Origin: Yuukianura sp. NJ FZ-2021
Lineage: Eukaryota
Assembly (NCBI GenBank): GCA_046563655.1
Contig: CM102288.1
Location: 4,588,001 to 4,652,000, forward strand
Direction: 5' to 3'
DNA: 64,000 nt
Notes under the pieces: generated by a model
The model's input: the letters and a program-made list of their open reading frames with translations, nothing else
Database searches by the model: none
What the model was told of the DNA's origin: nothing
Program-made: the position numbers and the translations under genes
Shown: one piece after another, positions 15,089 to 26,890 of the stretch
Position numbering within the stretch: the stretch's first letter is position 1
How the letters are laid out: the number at the start of each line of letters is the position of its first letter

Positions 15089-17509
15089 GAAAAAATTTAG
15101 AAGAAGATCAGGAACCAGTGCACGAGGCTTTTCGTCTGTCACACAATCGTCGTCATCTGTAAAAAACTAACTAACTGACTTTTAAAATTTAAACAAAAAA
15201 TTCTAGCGAGTGAGGTTAGGAACAAGAAAGAAGAGAAGGAGAAGAGGAAACTGGCCTTTTTTGTAAGGGAAAGGTCAAGAGGTCAAGTTGAAGCTTCGTG
15301 ACTAAAATCGTAAGCGCCTTCAGCGTCCAAGAGGAGAGGTCCTGTCCCTTCAAGTGCCCCCACCCTTCTCCATCTCATCTTCAATGTTCTCAACAGCCAC
15401 AAAAAGCCTCAATTTCTCGGGAGTTTCCCACATCCTCCCTGCTTGTCCCGCCAGCGCCCCACCCTCTTTTTTGATTTTGTATACTTACACTTACTAAACT
15501 CTCAACTCGCCGGAAAAACGTCAAATCTAGGAGCCACATCATTTCAAACACACATTACTCTAATGGAAAATCATAACACAAATTCCACCGCAAAAGCTTC
15601 TTGAACATTGTTTAGCATTTTAGAACAAAAACACACTTTTTGAAAAAAACTCTGACCAATTGAAACAAGTCTAGAAAAATATTAAAGTCAGACGTGAAGG
15701 GGAGGTGGATGTCGCGTGAGAGGGGGAGGGGCTTGAATCGAGTCTCTGCTGTTTTAAACAAATGAATTAATTGATTTCCACTGTTTGTTAATTATTAGTG
15801 TAACAAGTATAAGGGAGTGTGAATGAGTGAGTAACTTCTTATAAAAACAAAATCTGGGCACGCGTGGTTTCCTGTACATATGAAAATAACATTAACACAA
15901 GTTAGGCTAAAACCTAACCTAGGTTAACTTAAAAGTGTTAGGTTTAGGCTCCCAAACAAACCTTATTATCAAAAACAAGAAAACAGAATGCTGCCAAAAA
16001 GTCATTCGAATCTTCATTTCCTTCTTTAAAAAAAAGAACAAAGGAAAAACCTAGTGTGGAATCAAAAGAGCAAAACTTTCTCTTCTATCGCCCTACAACA
16101 TTCTTAAATTTATTAAAATTGCTTTTGCGATTGTGTTATTATCAATAATTGGCTTTTTGTAATGTACATATAATATAATTGTATTTAAGGGAAAAAGGTT
16201 GCAAAACGATTTTAGAGAAGTTAATTAATTATTGTTATATTTAACTTCCTTTTTGAGTTACTTCTTGTTCTGAAAATGTCCAAGTTACTCTTCTTATTGC
16301 GAGATACAAAAATAGCGCAGGAAACGTTTACAACTTCTTTTTCCTCTCCTCTTTTTGTTGTTTTTTCTTCTTTTTCATAAAATTATGAAATGACTTTTGT
16401 TTTCTTACTAAAATTGTGTTAAAACATGAACAAAAAGTTATTGTTGAACGAGGGTTTTGTTTTTCTTCTTGATACGCCCATTGCCAACATTTTTAGTGAA
16501 AGTTAAGGATGGTGGAGCTAATTTACAATTCTTGAATTATCCGTTCAATTATGTTAAACTTTAGTTTTAATTAATTAATTAATGACTATTATGGGAATAC
16601 TGTAAAACACAGCGAAGAGGAAGTTTAAGTTTAAGAAAATGAGGCACAAAAACTTTGTCCTCTCAATTCTCGAATAAAGGAGAAAATGCTTTTTGTCTTT
16701 ATAAAAACAAATGGCCTACGGACAGACAGACAGACGGACAAAGTCGTATTAATAGTACTAGGCGTCTCCCGCTAACTAATGAAGGAATCGAAGTGTGAAA
16801 AAAATGTTTTTTTTAGACCGATGATTAAAAAACAGGTTTTTTTTAACGTATGATCTAATTTTTATTTTGAGGTCAAAGGTCAAGAAACAGTGATTTTAAA
16901 TAATAACAATTTCTTGTTAACTAATCTTCAAATCTTGCGTAGTTGAGCTCACTTTCTAAACATCAAATTGATGAATAAATGCTAAATAGGAAATCAAGTA
17001 CTTTGGGGCCTACTAAAAATTATGGCAAAGAAAACGTATTTTCTAACATCATTTTAACGTTATGTCCTTTAATTACTCAATTCAATTCCTCAGTCATCTT
17101 CTACTAAACTAATCGTGATTAAGGCTAAGGTGTGAACCTGACTTTCTTTTTACACTTTTTACCGCCTTTCTATCACAATTCCAACGTTTGACTAAACAAT
17201 ATTTTTAAACTTATTAGTTTTTAGGCTTCTTCGACCAACTAAAAAAAGTCTAGTGCCGTTTACGTTTTTTTCTGAAATTATTTCTTGAGGTCAGTACTCG
17301 TTTTTAAGTAGATTTCTGAGAATGGAGAAGTGATGTGAACCTGCACACTACTTAAATACTTCCTTTCTTTTTAGTTAATATTTAAGAGGCTATTGCTGAG
17401 ACCATCAATGAGTCAAAAGAGAGTGCTTACTCTTTTTTAGTTTTTTCTTTGGTTATATGACTTGTTTTTAAAAAACAGGACCAAGATCGTCAAGAGTTGT
17501 TCATGCCAT

Positions 17510-19750
17510 TTAGTCCTGTTTGACCCCGTTGACCTCTGTCTTTGATTTTGAACGCGGCACGATGACAGCTCTCACCAGAGGAGCAAAGAGAGGCCACAGG
17601 ACGAAGACGAGGCAACCCGAGAAGTAAAGATCCTAAACAAATATTATGATTTTAAATATTATAAATAATAAAGCAAAATACCAGAAATGTTGTTTGTTTA
17701 TGATTCTGACCTTGTAGACTGCCCACCATCTCGCTGTTTTGAGAAGTCCAAAGGGCAGAGTGCAGTAGCCGAAGAAGATGGTAACCAAGATCTTGAGAAT
17801 GACAACGTCAATCCAGAAACAGACCGGATGGGAATGCCAGCGCTGAATTGCAGCGTTCTTGGAGAACATGGCCTCCAACTGGGTAAAGGTCAAAGGTCAT
17901 TTGAGCTTTGGTGAATAACGTAGTAAGTTAATTAATGGTAAATTCTCTTACGTCTTTCTCCATTTTCATGACGAGGAATTCCATGAAGAAGCAGACGTAG
18001 TAGCCGGAATGGAGCCCATGCCACACAGCGAGGAACAGGAGAGCTGCTAGCTGAGAGATGTAGCGATTGCCCAGGAATTTGAGTCTCTTGTACACGTTCC
18101 TAAAGTTTAAGTATTAAGTGTTAATTTCATCATGTATAGAATTATTAATGTAAAATTAGTTGTTAATTAGAAACTTACTCTGCCACCCAGTGATTTGTAC
18201 ATTTATTAAAGGAAGAGACAAGGTGACTAAACTTGTACGCTCTCTCGAAGACAGAAATGTTGATATTCTCACACCCATCCCATCGATCGTCTTTCCCATC
18301 TTCCGACTTCCCATTGTAAGCAATTCCTAGTAAATTGGAATGATACGATAATTACTAATTAGTACACGTAGTTTAATTAATGTTAAACTGTGAACCAGAT
18401 CTTTCAATGTAAAAGCCAAAGAAATACTACCAACCTGCCACGATACATGCTCCCTCTCCCACAATCCAGCAGCTGACATACTTGTATAGCATGATCTTCC
18501 CGTAAATGCCGATCATGATCATTCGCTGCCAAAATGGTAACCCCTATGAAACAATGAATTGTGTTTAGAATTCTCAAGGATTTCTTAATCATTAATCTCT
18601 CTTAATCATTTCTTAAAAACTTCTTACAAGATAGCGATCACTGGTAATGTAGTCATTGTTGACGACAAGTGCTCCTAATTGATAGATTCCCACGTAGAAT
18701 AATCCAATGAACAGCCGACGGAAGCCAGGACCAACGCTCTTGGGAACTTCTCCGACCTGAAATAGAAGTTAATTGTTTTAAGGAAAAAGTAAACACGACA
18801 TCCATTATCCTCTCCATTGTCTATTAATCGTTGTGCAACAGCTTACGGGTGAGAATTTTCCATCCACAAAGTCGAGGTAGCGTTTTAACGAAAACTGAGG
18901 ACCGATCTGAAAAGTTACAAAGTCAGATGAGTATGACTCTCACTTCAAAAAATAATTTATCAAAAGTTTTTATTCTAACCATAAAACTTCCCGGGTAAAA
19001 GACGTGAGCGGAAACTTCGAGTAGTGTTGGGATTGTCTTCAGTGCTGTCTCCTTCTGTGTTTTGGTGAGTTTCTCTTCCTTCTGTTGTCCATCGTAAATG
19101 TCCATGGCTTGTCCAATGAGTCGTAAAGTGAGAACGCAATGCGGAATGGTCCACTAAAATTCAACAGTATTGTTAACTTCTAACAATATTTTGACATTGT
19201 TATACAACTCGTACCTTGATGTCATACATGGCTGTTTCCGTAAGGTAGTATTCCGCCAGGAGGTAAATCATTTGAAACAGGAAGAGAAACACTGTTGAAA
19301 CGAGTGTTCCACGGCCTACCGTAACCACCACGTAGTGAACAAATATGCAGATGTAGGCATGTATTATGGCGTCACCTAAGAAAACAAGCAACATGATTAT
19401 TACTGATGTAAAAACAAGGAAATCAATTTTCATCAACCAATGCAACTTGATTTTACCGTAATTAAAGTAGCCAATGTAAGATCCTGCTAAGATGAAAAAC
19501 AAATGCTGGATCATAGTCTCCTTTCTGTACAGAAACGCTCGGTGGAATAGAGCGAAGGGGTACGCTGTGAACCAATTGAAATCGTATTTAAATTATTTAA
19601 ATATTATGCAGAAAGAATAGACAATACTCAAGCTGATTGTTTACCCATGAGTACGGAAATAAGAAGTCGGAGCGCTGGACCAGGGGCCCCGAGGTATCCG
19701 GCCAGCATCGAGACCCAGTCATTGTCGACAGGTTCTGACACCAAGCCCAT
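17510..19750 (-). CDS. LPCAT3: Lysophospholipid acyltransferase, MBOAT family (LPCAT3/MBOAT5/nessy-like)
   Basis: N-terminal PALRLLISVLMAYPFALFHR...QHLFFILAG...YFNYG, YDIKWTIPHCVLTLRLIG, FYPGSFMIGPQF, and the catalytic-His motif LFLAVWHGLHSGYY; ends GVKQD then TAA at 17512-17510. Confidence 0.92.
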
Positions 19751-21998
19751 GACAATCTTATTTTAGCACTTAGTAGTTCAATTCCCTGAGGTGATAATTA
19801 TGGTGTGAGATCTTGAATAACTTAATATCGGGTTTAAGTAGCTCAAAATTGTTGTCGTCACTTTTTGAAAGCTGTCTCTTCCCAAGTTGTTTCTACTCCA
19901 ATGTCTCTGCAATGCAACCAAAATGATTGTTGTTACTTGATTAGTTCCTACGCAACACCTTGACACGCGACGACATCCCATTCCCAACATATCACCATCG
20001 TCTCCTCACGTGTTGTACGTGACACATGAAATGAGTCCATGAGAATTGGGATTGGGATATGATATGATCCCAATTCATAAATATATAATTGACACGATTT
20101 ACCCACCTTGTCAATCCCCAGTGTCTGCTGTGTCCACTTTCCTTGTCCAGAGGGGCGTCAGTTTGCCAGTCCCGGGTAAAACGATTGTTCTAAACCGGTT
20201 CTGGTGATTTGTATACAGAGAATTTAGATGTGGACACTATTTAGATATTACAGAAACACATGAAAACAAGGTGACGAGGAACAAGCACCCACCGACCATA
20301 TGACACGAGTTTAGGTGGTGTGATGTTCTGTAGTAAACTCACAATCGCAATCGCAATTCTCATTACGCAACGTGACGCAACGAACAAAAGTCCAATGTAC
20401 ATTGTACAATGCTTACGTCAAATATTCACCCGGTTGAAGTGCACTTTACCTACCATTATTGTTATCATATTAGCCGCACCAGGTAGCTTAACCTATCACA
20501 AGGAGCTTGTATTCGAAACGTCGTAAACCGGGGTTTGGGTTGAGTGAGTCGACTAATTCTCAGAAACCTATATTATGTTTGGTAAGCAATCGCAATGTCA
20601 ATTCTTACATATCGCAACAGTGAGTATACAACTTTCCAAATTGTAGTCACGGTATGGCCACAATAAGTGGCTACGCTGTGGGACAAACTTAAGTTGCCAC
20701 TGTAGTGAATGTCTTTTTATTCTAACCAAAGGTGAAGTTACGTCACCTTATGCAGCCACGGCTGCCTAAACAAACATTGTCAGTGACAATGAGGCTGACA
20801 ATTTGTCACCCTCACCAACAAGTCATTAAAATTTTAAACAAAAATTAAAAATTCAAAAATTTTAAAGCATACAAACATTTTATAAAATTTTTATATTTTA
20901 TATTTTTATATTTATAGTAAGGATGGCCTCATTTCCGATACAATGATGGTGTTGGAAGTTTATGTCAACCAGAGTCTGCTGTAAAGTTGGTGAATTACTT
21001 TGAATTTGGCGCCACTTTTTTTACTCACTTTTTCATTTTTTTTCGGAATTAAGTAGTATCAGTTCACTTTTCACACCTTTGATCACAAGATAAGAAACCA
21101 CCCACCTCTCCGCCTAAGTAATTGCAGATAAAATAGATCTAATTTTAAGACATCTACTTTTTAGGTTTAGACGTCTATTTTTGGAAATCAGGATTCCCCG
21201 ATGCAAAAATGTGACGACGCAACTTAAAATCATCCAATTGACTTTTACTTTCACAAAATAAAAAATCGTAACACAAACACTACTGTGTAGAATTTATTTT
21301 TTTGTTTATTAAGTTTACACTTTTTTAGTTTTTGAAAAGATTTTCGAATATACTAATTTTAATTTTAGGTGACAAACAAGCAATCTAATTGTTCATCTAA
21401 AGAAACTGTTCCCGACATTTCGCAGTTACTACCATCATTTCATTTTATATCAAGCGGCATTATAAACTCTGAAAAATGTTAACAAATTATCATTTTGCTG
21501 TTCCAGAATACAGATGACCGTAGTGTACTCATTCTTTAGCAGCAACTTGAAATTTGTTTTTCCCCGACGAAAGTACAGGGCCACTTTGTTTAAATTTTTG
21601 ATGCTCCAGATTCCCTGACCATTTACCCTTTCCCATTCCTCCTGTGGAGCAAGCGGAGAGCCATAAATTGGTGACGCTGGAAGATATGCTTGGATGAGGT
21701 GGTGAGAGAGTCGTTGTCTGGATTTGGGTCCTTGGGTCCCTTGGTTGCCATGAGAGACGCCCTTGACTGTCCCCTCCGATCATGCTCCCTTGGATCCTGG
21801 ATGTGGGATGATGATGTGCTGGGAGGGGGAGAAAGTGGGAGTGAAAGTGAATCTGCAGAATCTCAGTCCATCCTTGGCCTTCCGCTCAGCATCACACCCT
21901 CTCCCGCTCCTTTTCTGTTCAAATGGAAGTGCTAGTTGAGGTAACATCGAGGGTCCACGGCCTGGAAGGCGGGTAAAAACCATGTAACACCGTCGAGG

Positions 21999-24641
21999 AT
22001 GTTCCTCGTCCACAAGTACACGGAGTACAGGGCGGCTCAGGCTCAGCATGCCAAGAAGAAAGTCACGGAGAAAGAGCTCTTCCACCTCAACACCAAAATT
22101 GTAAGCCAAAAATATCAAAAAGAAAAAAAAATTTCAAAAAATAATTTCGAAATTTTCAAAACGATTCTGACAACTACCATAAATCTTCTTTTTATATCCA
22201 AACACGATGCGAAACGCGTCGTTGTGAATTTCATTCAGCTTCTTTTCCCAAAAAGGCAAAGAGAAATTGTATCTAGTGTTTGGAATTTTAAAATTCTTAA
22301 AAGCGAGTTTGAAGTTGATTGGGTGGAATTGAAAAGTGGAATTTATGGAATAGTTTTGTGAGATAGAAGAGACGCGTATTGCTTTCACCATTTGGTGAAA
22401 GTGGGGCAAAAGGAGTGCAGTGGAAGTGAAATGTCAGATCAGGAGCATCCTGAGGGCCTTCCTTTGCCCTTTTCTTGGGCACTTTGGTCGTTTCCAGAAT
22501 TTGGAAATCCATTCGTTCCCATTAGAGTCACTCCGAAGAGAAAAGTTCTTTCAACGCAATTACGAAGTCCATCTCTCTCTTCCTTTCCCACACCCTCCCA
22601 CTTCCTCCGATAAAAAAACAAATCACTTCCACACAAATTACTTCCAAGCCTCAATTCACGCTATCGATAGGCTAGTCAGCGGAATACCCGCTTTTTACCG
22701 TCCCACACAAATTCCCGGGTAGAGAAAGCTCCGGGAAATTCCCGATTTTTTTTTGAATTTTCCAAAAGAGATGAGAATTTCTAGGAAACCGAAAATGAAG
22801 AAAATTTCTGGGGCAAAATAACAATTTCTTGGAATGAGACGAATTTCCCGAGGCAGAAGAGAATTGCAGGCCAAAATACGAATTTCCGGTGAAAGTAACA
22901 ACTTCGTGCAATGATAGAATTTTTTCAATAAAGAACAAACTTTTCCGGGAATAATTAGAATTCCCGTAGAAGGTTAGAATTTCCCGGGGAAAACAAAAAT
23001 CTCAAGAGGAAAATGCGAAATCCTCGGAAAGATCAGAATTTCCCTCAAAAAAATGCAACTTTTCGGGGGAAAATAAGAATTTCCGGAGGAAAACTGGATT
23101 CCTTGCGGAATTAGAAATTTCCCAACAATGATTTGTGGGGTGAAGGTCACGATTTCCGGAGAAAACGAATTTTCATTGAAAAGATAGAAAATAGAGAATA
23201 GAAAAAATAGAATTTCCCGAAATAGAAAAAGGAATTTCTCCGAAGCACGTTTTTCAGCACAATGAGCGTTAACAAGCACTCGCCCTTGGGAAATTCCAAG
23301 CAGTAAAATTACTTTCGATTGGGAAGAAAGTAAAGTACTATTTCTAAATTTTTCAGTCGGAAATCACTCGGAAGTATCCCGAACCCTGAAAAAAATGGCC
23401 AACCGAGTAGCATACACCTTCCTTGGTTCCATTATGCTTCAAAAGAATGAGACTTTTTCAAAGGTGTCTCCCGGTGAGATGCCCCATTTGCCCAGGCCAT
23501 ATCAATAATTGCGTTTCTTTTGTGTTTGGGACTCTTAGGAAAAATTACTTTCCAAATTGGATGAGCACGAACTTGAAATGGCTCGGAACGAAGATGAAGA
23601 GGTCAGAGGTCACGCTAACTTTCTTTTCCCAACCTTTCCAATTTTCCTGATTACAAACCGATTGATTTTCACTTTCAGTGCGTCGTATGCATTACGGCTA
23701 AGGCGAACATGACGACATATCCTTGTGCCCACTCTGTCCTGTGTCGAAAGTGCTTTGTCAAGACAATTCAAATGGCCGTTACTGAACGTCGCTTGCCGCT
23801 CCGTTGCGTCATCTGCCGAGCCAAGATTCTGAGACTCAAGCAAGGAAATGTACCCGTGTCGGACTCACTGTACTCCGTTAGCTCAAATGCTTCCACAGCA
23901 TCTGGAACTTCCTGGAAGTCTTCTGCGTCCACAACAGGCTCAGTCATGTCAACATCTTCTGGAAAATCAGGTTGCACGTCTGCCTCATCTGTCATTTCTG
24001 GAAGATCTTCAACTAGAGATTCTCCAGCAGCCTTTTATTCCTCAAAACACGCCTCCTCAACTAAACATTTCTCCGGTCTTTCCGGTAATTCCATTTGGAT
24101 TCGGGATTCTTCTGCGTCTTTTTCGACTTCGTCTTCGCGTCAGCCGTACCGGATTTCCCGCACAACTTCTCCAGCTCCATCGTCTTCGAAATCTTCCCAC
24201 TCATCAACTTCCGGTTCCAAAAGTGTTTTTGATTTCAAAAACGCCGCTTCAGGCTCCAAAACGTTTTCCGTTTCAAAAAGTTCTTCGGATTTGAAAAATG
24301 CGAACACTTCATCCACTTCAACAACTCCGAAATCCGAACCGTTTTCATCTTCAACTTTTCGTAGAGTTCAAATGGCTCGTATGGGGTATGAACCACTTCG
24401 GTCCTCTTCCCCACCACCAGCTTCGACAGCATCGGTGCCACCACGTTCCAAGAAATCCGGTGGGAAGTACAAGGTGGGGCAAGAAAAAGTGGACCCACCG
24501 AAACCCACGATACAACAGCCACTTTCTCCTGCCAAAGGAAAAGTAAAACTAAGCCAAGATTTTCAAAGACAATTTAGAAATGGAATGTGTCAAGCAAGTA
24601 CTAACCAAAATGGTGGACTCGGAACTGGGCGCGTAAGGTAA
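21999..24641 (+). CDS. Uncharacterised C3HC4 RING-finger protein with a long Ser-rich disordered tail; 3' end uncertain
   Basis: Exon 21999-22100 (MFLVHKYTEY...LNTKI, GTAAG donor) splices in phase 0 to 23679 (ttcag acceptor): CVVC...YPCAHSVLCRKC...RCVIC RING, then about 260 aa Ser/Thr/Lys-rich. A further exon probably starts at 24859 (ttttcag), but the donor used (24633 or 24638) is ambiguous. Confidence 0.75.
22705..23240. repeat. Degenerate tandem repeat of about 19-20 bp (consensus near AGAATTTCCCGGGGAAAAT) in intron 1 of the RING gene
   Basis: GAATTTC(C)/AAATTCC cores recur at roughly 20-nt spacing, separated by purine/A-rich spacers, over about 500 bp. Confidence 0.6.
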
Positions 24642-24704
24642 AACTTTTCCCGCCATTTTGAATAACTTAAGTGAAATTCCAAACTTTCCCGCACAAACTT
24701 ATTA

Positions 24705-24838
24705 AAACTTCCCAACTTCTCATAATTTTTTGAAACTTCCCAACTTTCTCATAATTTTTTGAAACTTTCCAGCTTCTCATAATTTTTTGAAGCTCTCCAG
24801 GTTCTCATTTAAGCTTCCCAGCTTCTCATAATTTTTTG
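24705..24838. repeat. Minisatellite, about 28-bp unit AAACTTCCCAACTTCTCATAATTTTTTG, about 5 copies
   Basis: Directly visible tandem copies, one internally deleted, in a probable intron of the RING gene. Confidence 0.85.
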
Positions 24839-25613
24839 TGACCTGATTAAATTTTCAGGTCGAGTCGTGGTTTGGGCCCAGAAGCTGCTTGGTCTGAACC
24901 TGTTCACAGCAAGGGTCAAGGTCATCCTGCTCAAAGTCCAAAAGCTAGTCCAGGAGACTCTGCGCAACAAAGGAAAGTGCACCAATCAGCGTCAGTGAAG
25001 GGCCCTAGAGTGTCCAAAGTATAGTCTGGGGATCGATACGAAGCAGAAGCAAGGTTTTGGAATGGAGATGGAGATGGAGATGAAGAGATCAAGAGATATG
25101 TGATGAGAAAAACTTACGAAATAAGTCCCTCCAGGGATTCCTAGATTTTTAGAACAAAGATGCAATACTCTATGAAACCAGAACATATTATTTAATTAAT
25201 TAGTTTTAGAATTAGTTTTAGTTTTGTAGTGGAGAAACCAACTCATTTCAAACATTACCTTCTAGAGAAACTGATCTCTCTCATTAGAGCCAAAAAAACA
25301 TGGGTCGGAGTAAGATTACTATCATCATTGTTGCCACACGGTGTAGCCACTTTGTGGCTTCTGTTGCCACTGCAGGTTAGATCTGCATATATTGCCAGTC
25401 AAGTGTAGTCATCTACTGTAGAGAGACACGATGGCTACACTGCGAGGCTACAATGACGGTAATTAATCCTTACTTCAACCGAAACCTGAATAGAAAGTCT
25501 ATTAAATAAATTAATTTAGTTGTATTTTAATAAAAAATTACAACAAAGTGTGTAAAATTTACAAACGAGAGTAACTTTTATTAGAATTTCTGTGATGTTC
25601 TAAAAATAATCGT

Positions 25614-26838
25614 TTACTCGTCGTCGTCCTCTTCATCAGCTTCATTTCCAATCTGGAAGTAGCGCAGTTCGTACACATCACGACCGGTGGCAATCACTCG
25701 AAGTGTATCTCGGAGCAAGTTCTTCTTCAAGTACTTCTTCGTGAGGTACTTCAGGTATCTAATGAAATCAAAAATTAGTATAACTTAGAATTGTTCTCAC
25801 TTTTACAGAACTTTTCGGTATTTTTAGATAAATACTCACCGCTTAGAGAAGGGGATTGACGCATTGACGATGATCTTTGAGTTCTTGTCTCCGCGTTCAA
25901 TGGTGACATTGTTTCCAAAGTTACCTGTCTTCCCTCCAACCTTGATTCGCTCCTTCAAGAATTTCTCCTGTAGAAAAATCATAAAAATCAGAATGAAATT
26001 CAAATTGTTTCAGAACGTTTTGCTATTTTAGATTATTTTACTAAAGAGGGATGAACAGCCTACAAGTGAAATGGAACGATTTAAAAATGAATTAGGGAAG
26101 GAAACCCTAATCATTTCTATGGTTTTAGGGAAGATAACCCTAAGTTTTTTTCAGTTGTCCATGCCAGTCGTTGGTCATGGCTGATTATGTCCAGTGGCTT
26201 ATCTGAATCGTACAAAGTCGGCAGAGTTGAATAGTTGATCTTCAGCTGGAAGTGTACAGTCAATAACGAATCGAGATACTGTCTTCTTCTTCTTGCCAAG
26301 CAAACCCTTGCCACGAAGAGTGGCCTTCACTGCTGGCTTCTTGGCTGCTGGAGCCTTGGCCTTGGTGACCTTCTTCACATCCTTCTTCGGCGCAGCAGCA
26401 GCGGCGGGTTCCTTTGGTGAAGCTGGTTTAGGTGCTGGCTTAGCTTCGGCTTTCTCTACTTTTGGTTTGGCAGCGGCTGGAGTAGCGGCTTTCTTCTCTG
26501 GAGCCTTCTTGGTTTCAGCTGGCTTGGCCTTGGGCGGGGCGGTGGCTGGAGCTGGTTTGGCCTTTGGTGCTTCCGCTTTCTTGGCTTCTGGCTTGGCCTT
26601 GGGAGGGGCAGCCTTCGCAGTTGCAGCGGCAGCAGGTTTCGCGTCCTTCTTGGTTGCGGTAGCTCCAGCTGCTGGAGCCTTTGTGGCTGTTCCGGCTTTC
26701 TTCTTTTCCGTAGGCTGGAAAAAGTCAGGAACAATCAGAATCAGAACATGCCTTGAAAGCCTTGATTAGTTTCAACCTTTTAGCAGCATGAATTATAAGA
26801 TTCAGCCTTTTCGGAATAAGAATAGTATGACTTACCAT
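25614..26838 (-). CDS. RpL22: 60S ribosomal protein L22 (eL22) with an Ala/Lys/Pro-rich N-terminal extension, 258 aa
   Basis: Exons 26838-26836 (ATG), 26714-26214, 25967-25840, 25758-25614 sum to 777 nt. Core [58 protein letters not shown] and an acidic tail. Confidence 0.96.
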
Positions 26839-26875
26839 TGTCTAAATTGAAGAGTTCTCACAAATTAGTGGACAG

Positions 26876-26890
26876 GATTGAAAAAGACGA
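26876..26890 (-). promoter_or_regulatory. Candidate TCT initiator / 5'-TOP start of RpL22
   Basis: Minus strand reads TCGTCTTTTTCAATC about 48 nt upstream of the ATG, close to the polypyrimidine TCT motif typical of animal ribosomal protein genes. The TSS itself is inferred. Confidence 0.6.

Noticed and set aside
21933..21998. Stop-codon readthrough joining the uORF to the RING ORF (same frame)
   Set aside because: A second in-frame stop (TAA) follows two codons after the TAG.
26085..26143. TTAGGG/CCCTAA and scattered TTAGG/AACCT motifs as telomeric sequence
   Set aside because: Only single or double units, never arrays; at this site they are better explained as hairpin stems.
26293..26769. 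158-aa Ala/Gly/Phe-rich + strand ORF resembling a membrane protein
   Set aside because: Antisense shadow of the Ala/Lys/Pro-rich RpL22 exon.
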